From an uncultured Mycoplasmatota bacterium (lineage in GTDB: Bacteria; Bacillota_I; Bacilli_A; RF39; UBA660), in contig CAMMOI010000003.1 in NCBI GenBank assembly GCA_946498375.1, positions 1 through 57,466 of the forward strand: 57,466 bases of DNA. The letters are read 5' to 3'. The stretch's first letter is position 1, and the number at the start of each line of letters is the position of its first letter. This document shows positions 52,972 to 57,466 of the stretch, piece after piece. A model generated the notes under the pieces. The model did no database searches, was not told the origin of the DNA, and was given only the letters and a program-made list of their open reading frames with translations. Both the position numbers and the translations under genes were made by a program.

Positions 52972-53335
52972 TTTTACCACTTTCTTTCTCTAAATCAGAT
53001 ATAATTTTACCAATTTGGAATATAGAATATGATATACCTTCTATATGAAACTTATCATCCAATTCAACTAAACATAATTCTAATTGTGAAATAATAGATT
53101 CTATTTCTTTATATTTATCTGCAATTTTTTTGTAATTTTTTGTTTCAAAACTATTTCTCCAATCCTTTATTTCTGCATATACATAATTTAAATATTCAAT
53201 TATTTGTTGTTTAGTCAATTCAAAATATGGCTTATCATCTAAAACTTTTGCCTCTTCTATAGCTTGTTTTAAATTTGATAAGGCATAATTCAAGTTATTA
53301 GAAAATTCTAAACTAGTTTTTTCGTTATCTTCCAT
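52961..53335 (-). CDS. Partner protein of unit 1 (immunity-like candidate)
   Basis: 124 aa, acidic, helical-looking; overlaps the start of the downstream variable gene; AAAGGA RBS. Confidence 0.75.
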   Translation of the reverse strand: MEDNEKTSLEFSNNLNYALSNLKQAIEEAKVLDDKPYFELTKQQIIEYLNYVYAEIKDWRNSFETKNYKKIADKYKEIESIISQLELCLVELDDKFHIEGISYSIFQIGKIISDLEKESGKSVR

Positions 53336-53344
53336 TAGCAGAGT

Positions 53345-53368
53345 TCCTTTCTTGGCTTATATTATAAA
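53345..53368 (-). promoter_or_regulatory. Shared unit leader (-10 box + RBS), copy 1
   Basis: TTTATAATATAAGCCAAGAAAGGA, identical to 57441-57464; TTGATT further upstream. Confidence 0.75.
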
Positions 53369-53409
53369 ATTTTTTTAATAAATCAATAATTTTACTTATT
53401 ATTCCCTAT

Positions 53410-53438
53410 AAAAATTGTATTCCATGATACATTTTTTT
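53410..53438 (-). other. att-like site (unit 2/unit 1 junction, attP-like)
   Basis: AAAAAAATGTATCATGGAATACAATTTTT imperfect inverted repeat directly after the recombinase stop codon. Confidence 0.7.
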
Positions 53439-54987
53439 ATGTAATATTTTTAAATGCAAAAATAATATCTACTAGTTTATCTTGATAAATATTAATCTTT
53501 TCTACTAAATTAATTATTAATTCCCTAGGCAAACTTTTAAAAGATAAGAAATCATTAATATACTTTTCTATTACTTTATTATCTATTTTATTTGATTTCA
53601 TATTTTTATTTTTAAGATTATCAATATTCTTTTTATTATTATCTATTTCAGATTTAATATTTTCACTAACTCTTATATATTGTTCTTCATCAATTATTCC
53701 GTTTAACCTATCCATATAAGTTTTATCTAGACTTTCAGTTAGTTTATTATTTGCTATTTCTATACTTTCAATTTGTTTTTTAATTTTTAATGTATTAGTC
53801 TCAAATTCTAAATTTTTAACTTTCTCTTTTATTTTATTTTTATCTAAATACTTTTTACACACATCTCTTATGTTGTCTAAAATAACACTTTCTAATACTT
53901 CATAATTGTTTGTATGAGTTGTGCAGACATGATATTTTGAGTATGTTCTATAATAATCACAAATAGTATAACTTCTTCCAGTTTTATTTTGATATCTAAT
54001 TGTTATTCTGTGTTTGCAATCTCCACAATATAAAAGCCCATCTAACAAATAAAATCTTTTTTTATCTGGTCTTTTAGCATTTTTAGGAAGTAATGTTTGG
54101 ACATAATTAAATATGTCTTTATCTATGATTGCTTCATGGGTATTTTCAACTATAATGTAATCATTTGGATTATTCTTAATAGTCTTTTTAAGTTTATAAT
54201 TAAGCTTTTTAGTCTTAGCTTGTACTACATCTCCTGTGTAAATTCTATTAGTTAAAATTGCTTTTATAGTAGTATCTGCCCATACTCCATATTTTTGGGA
54301 TATACATTTTGCATTCCATAGATAGTTATAATAAGAGGCTGGTGTTTTTATTTTTCTTTCAGTTAAATATTGAGCAATATAATGATATGTATTACCTTCA
54401 AGTGCTAAATCAAAGATTAATTTGACTACACTTGCTTGTTCTTCATTTATAATTAAATGATTCTTATTTGTTGGATCTTTCATATAGCCAAATGGACATC
54501 TTCCTGATACATATAAACCATCTTTCATTCTAGAATATAAACTACTTTTTACTTTTTTAGAAATATCTTTAGCATACATATCATTCATTATAGCTTTAAA
54601 TGGTGCTATATCATTATTAGTATTATCTATAAATGTATCTATACCATCATTAACAGCAATATATCTAATATCATTATTGGGAAAATACTTTTCTATTAAT
54701 TCACCAGTAGCAATATAATCTCTACCTAATCTAGACATATCTTTGGTAATAATCATATTAATTTTGCCTAATTCAACATCTCTAATCATTTTAATAAACG
54801 CTGGTCTATCAAAATTAGTTCCAGAAAAGCCATCATCTATATATTCTTCTACTACAGTATAATTATTTTCTTTAACATATTGATTAAGCAAACTTCTTTG
54901 ACTAACAATACTTTCAGATTCTAAATTACCATCATCTCTTGATAATCTTATATAAAGCCCTACTTTAAAACTATTATTTTCTAACAT
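53437..54987 (-). CDS. Large serine recombinase (resolvase, recombinase, zinc-ribbon and coiled-coil domains)
   Basis: YIRLSRDD catalytic Ser, DDGFSGT, KDMSRLGR, PFGY, ILTNRIYTG, HEAII, CGDC. Confidence 0.96.
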   Translation of the reverse strand: MLENNSFKVGLYIRLSRDDGNLESESIVSQRSLLNQYVKENNYTVVEEYIDDGFSGTNFDRPAFIKMIRDVELGKINMIITKDMSRLGRDYIATGELIEKYFPNNDIRYIAVNDGIDTFIDNTNNDIAPFKAIMNDMYAKDISKKVKSSLYSRMKDGLYVSGRCPFGYMKDPTNKNHLIINEEQASVVKLIFDLALEGNTYHYIAQYLTERKIKTPASYYNYLWNAKCISQKYGVWADTTIKAILTNRIYTGDVVQAKTKKLNYKLKKTIKNNPNDYIIVENTHEAIIDKDIFNYVQTLLPKNAKRPDKKRFYLLDGLLYCGDCKHRITIRYQNKTGRSYTICDYYRTYSKYHVCTTHTNNYEVLESVILDNIRDVCKKYLDKNKIKEKVKNLEFETNTLKIKKQIESIEIANNKLTESLDKTYMDRLNGIIDEEQYIRVSENIKSEIDNNKKNIDNLKNKNMKSNKIDNKVIEKYINDFLSFKSLPRELIINLVEKINIYQDKLVDIIFAFKNIT

Positions 54988-55124
54988 TAATTACTACCTT
55001 TTACCGAGGAATAATAAGTAATATTAAATTTCTTTTGTAATTCTATTTTTAATACTTCTGTTATTATTTCATTTAAAGATTTAGAAGCATCATTAAATTT
55101 TAGATTAATCTTATATTTAACCAT
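54987..55124 (-). CDS. 45-aa ORF translationally coupled to the recombinase, not in the ORF track
   Basis: G6 RBS 55136-55141; MVKYKINLKFNDASKSLNEIITEVLKIELQKKFNITYYSSVKGSN*; TAATG overlap with the recombinase start. Confidence 0.7.
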   Translation of the reverse strand: MVKYKINLKFNDASKSLNEIITEVLKIELQKKFNITYYSSVKGSN

Positions 55125-55331
55125 AGAGTTTAATACCCCCCATAAATTCTATGGTTTTAAAGTTTGGAAAATTACTTGATATGAAATTTGCATACCTAAT
55201 AATATTACTTAATGTCATAGTCCTTCTTAATATTAATAAACATCATCTCATTTTGCTTTGATGACACCTCTCGCTAAATATAAGAGTCTAGTCATTTACT
55301 GTGGAAAGTTTTATCTATCATCCCAAAACGA

Positions 55332-55418
55332 TTCATAATTTACCAAATTATGAAACAGCAGGATATATACACACTTTTCCTTACCAAATAAGAATTTGGA
55401 TATACACCACTCTTATTT
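55332..55418 (-). other. oriT-like structured non-coding region
   Basis: TATCCTGC at 55358-55365 flanked by hairpins ttcataattt-acc-aaattatgaa and ccaaat-aaga-atttgg; motif pieces recur at 56703-56735. Confidence 0.4.
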
Positions 55419-55497
55419 CGTTCTTACACAATTCATCCTACTTTGTAGGTTGATATAGGAAATGTAATAAAGATTTTATATTATAATTACAATAACT

Positions 55498-55923
55498 TAA
55501 AAAACAAAAAAACATCCAAAATTCTTATTTTCATTAAAAATTATAGGATGATTTAATTTTTATTAATTATTATTTTTTAATTTTAAAGTTTTTACAAACC
55601 TATTTATTAAAGCCGGCTTTGCAAATTGTTCTTCTAGTACTAATACACTATTTTTATATCTATTATAGGCTTTATCATAATTTCCTTGTTCAATTTGTTC
55701 AACACAATAACCTACTATATTATCATAAATATAATCATAAATAATATCTGATTGTTCTTCTTTATTAATCATTTCAACAATTATTGGTGCTACTTCATAG
55801 TAGTGTTCTATATCCTCTTTTGAAACAAAATTATCTCTAAACCATCTTAATACTACTAATTCATAACAATTATCGTCAAAATTTTCTTTAAAGTTTTTCA
55901 TACACGCTGATGTTAAATAACAT
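55498..55923. repeat. ~426-bp direct repeat, copy 2
   Basis: Matches 52361-52786. Confidence 0.95.
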
Positions 55924-56201
55924 CCCCCGCTATTTTGAACTTCTTTTATTGATGGATTAGAAGAACTATTGCTTTCGTTCCTATTATAATCTGGGCCTTC
56001 ACCGTTATTATAACTATCACTACTTTTATAATAAGAATGAGAATGCCCACCATCTCCATTATCTTTATATCTATTTACAGAACCATTTTTTTCATAACTT
56101 GTATACTGTAGATTAGAATCACTATAATCATCATACCTATCGATATCATAGCTAGCATATCCCCAATCTCTATTTTGACCACCTTTTTTATTTTCAGACA
56201 T
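55563..56201 (-). CDS. Variable-N / constant-C (CFI-box-CTERM-like) protein, unit 2, intact, 212 aa
   Basis: ATG 56201 MSENKKGG...SGGCYLTSACM...ELVVLRWFRDNF...YYEVAPII; resembles the GCFIATA...LR.FRD...YY..SP pattern. Confidence 0.85.
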   Translation of the reverse strand: MSENKKGGQNRDWGYASYDIDRYDDYSDSNLQYTSYEKNGSVNRYKDNGDGGHSHSYYKSSDSYNNGEGPDYNRNESNSSSNPSIKEVQNSGGCYLTSACMKNFKENFDDNCYELVVLRWFRDNFVSKEDIEHYYEVAPIIVEMINKEEQSDIIYDYIYDNIVGYCVEQIEQGNYDKAYNRYKNSVLVLEEQFAKPALINRFVKTLKLKNNN

Positions 56202-56220
56202 ATATTCTCTTTCCTTTTCT

Positions 56221-56496
56221 CTATCTATTTTTATTAGCATTATATTCGACATCGCCGTCTTCATATATAATAAAATTTCCAATTCCTAGTTTTTCAAACG
56301 TTAATACTAATTGACTAACAATATATTCTTTATTTTCATTAGTTTTCGTGGGTAGCTGACGATATTTTTTTAATTTAGCATTAAATTCATCAAATATCTC
56401 TTTATTAGTATTATTGTAATCAAAATAGGATTCTAATGCTAATGCACCTTTAAAAATAAATTTATCAAAATTTTCTATATTAATTTTAAAACTCAT
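56221..56496 (-). CDS. Partner protein of unit 2 (immunity-like candidate)
   Basis: 91-aa ORF ending 19 nt before the variable gene's ATG. Confidence 0.7.
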   Translation of the reverse strand: MSFKINIENFDKFIFKGALALESYFDYNNTNKEIFDEFNAKLKKYRQLPTKTNENKEYIVSQLVLTFEKLGIGNFIIYEDGDVEYNANKNR

Positions 56497-56527
56497 AGTT
56501 CAATGTTTATTCCTTTCACAATTATTG

Positions 56528-56735
56528 TATTTTTATCTAACAAATCAAGTACCCTTCTTATTATTACACCTCCAAACATTTATTCAGCATTTACTATTAA
56601 ATGATTTTTATTTGTTATTTTGATTCATTATTCTTCTGTTTTTTAAAATTTTAATTAATCCCATATTCATGCCTCCATAGAAAAAATTATTAAATATTAA
56701 ATAGCAGGATAAGAAGATGGTACATATACACACTT
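56528..56735 (-). pseudogene. Highly deleted remnants of the oriT-like motif, small ORF and recombinase of unit 3
   Basis: 56588-56616 matches recombinase 54445-54473 (TNKNHLIVN vs TNKNHLIIN, 26/29 nt); TATCCTGC 56704-56711; tatacacactt 56725-56735. Confidence 0.55.
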
Positions 56736-57065
56736 CTTTGTAACAAAATTATCTCTGAACCATCTTAATACTACTAATTCATAACAATTATCATCAAAAT
56801 TTTCTTGAAAATATTTCATACAAGCCGAAGTTAAATAATAATTACCAGTTTTAGTGATTTTTTGACTTTTATCTTCATTATGAGAGTTGATACAGTAAAT
56901 GTTTGCTTTTCAGAATTATAATTCACATGAGTACCAGCATGTGGTTCTCTTGGATCTCTATTATATAGATGCTGTATTTTTTGTAAGCTTTAAATGTTCT
57001 CCTCTACCATTTACAAATGAATTGGTAACATCATTTTTGCCAACAATTTTATCTTTATCGTTTAT
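56736..57065 (-). pseudogene. Variable-N / constant-C gene, unit 3, decayed and 3'-truncated
   Basis: AAAGGGGAG RBS then ATA instead of ATG, two compensating 2-nt frameshifts, first Cys changed to Tyr (YYLTSACMKYFQENFDDNCYELVVLRWFRDNFVTK), then deletion. Confidence 0.8.
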
Positions 57066-57435
57066 TTTTTCTCCCCTTTCTAATTATTTTACTTTCATCA
57101 TATTCTTGATTAACTGGACAACTGCCATAAAATATAACTGTGCTTAACCATATATCTACCTCTTCAAAATAATCTCCACTCCATGCATCATTTGGAATTT
57201 CATCCATTAATTTTTGAATATTTATTACTTCATTGTCAGTCATATTAAGTAAATTATTGTTATCAACATAATATTTAACCCACAACATTGTAATTTCTAA
57301 CATTTCTTCAAACTTACTTTTATATTCTTTATATGGCTCATATTTTGAAGCTGCTAGCAAATAAAATATCAATTTAGCTAAAGCAGTTTCAATTTCATAA
57401 CGTGTTAAAATTTTTAGAGTGTTTTCCTCTTTCAT
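57055..57435 (-). CDS. Partner protein of unit 3 (immunity-like candidate)
   Basis: 126 aa, AAAGGAG RBS, overlaps the start of the downstream variable pseudogene. Confidence 0.8.
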   Translation of the reverse strand: MKEENTLKILTRYEIETALAKLIFYLLAASKYEPYKEYKSKFEEMLEITMLWVKYYVDNNNLLNMTDNEVINIQKLMDEIPNDAWSGDYFEEVDIWLSTVIFYGSCPVNQEYDESKIIRKGRKNKR

Positions 57436-57440
57436 AGTTC

Positions 57441-57464
57441 TCCTTTCTTGGCTTATATTATAAA
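57441..57464 (-). promoter_or_regulatory. Shared unit leader, copy 2
   Basis: 24-nt identity with 53345-53368. Confidence 0.75.
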
Positions 57465-57466
57465 TT

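Larger units (their letters stand above)
52081..57466 (-). mobile_element. Tandem array of serine-recombinase integrative units (unit 1 ~52081-53423 decayed, unit 2 ~53424-56530 intact, unit 3 ~56530 to beyond the window, decayed)
   Basis: Repeated att-like sites, recombinase remnants, repeated constant domain, repeated leader, interrupted LysM gene. Confidence 0.75.

Noticed and set aside
56202-56282. 27-aa N-terminal extension of the unit 2 variable protein
   Set aside because: It overlaps the partner gene; the RBS and the MSD/MSE/MND-type starts of the other units favour ATG 56201.
52361-56840. Diversity-generating retroelement TR/VR pair or integron cassettes
   Set aside because: No reverse transcriptase, differences are not adenine-specific, no attC structure or IntI; the recombinase is serine-type.
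2911-57147. Antisense or shadow ORFs in the track (2911, 10994, 11718, 13020, 14810, 21076, 26291, 26616, 27829, 30370, 30790, 34239, 38828, 50333, 50717, 56899)
   Set aside because: Each overlaps a well-supported gene on the other strand or frame and has no recognisable motif.

Overview
Very AT-rich chromosomal window from a low-GC Bacillota genome. It reads in standard code 11, and the gene set and compactness suggest an uncultured gut Bacilli lineage such as RF39 (inference). Most of it is housekeeping: 6S RNA-tcdA, gpsA, rarA, xerD, mnmA, dnaG-rpoD-trmK, uvrC, fmt and nrdD-nrdG-dut. There are also sporulation-type genes and a partly decayed cluster of ABC exporters and two-component systems at ~9.0-26.7 kb. 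The most unusual part is 52.07-57.47 kb, a tandem array of at least three related units inserted inside a LysM gene. Each unit follows the plan: variable small partner gene -> gene with a hypervariable N-terminus fused at a Cys to a constant CYLTSAC... C-terminal domain (CFI-box-CTERM-like) -> terminator -> oriT-like motif -> 45-aa ORF -> large serine recombinase -> att-like site. Only the middle unit is intact. The outer units have lost the recombinase and the variable gene but keep an intact partner gene, the pattern expected of a mobile polymorphic toxin/immunity-like array. Structure is read directly from the sequence; functions are inferred and no database searches were run.
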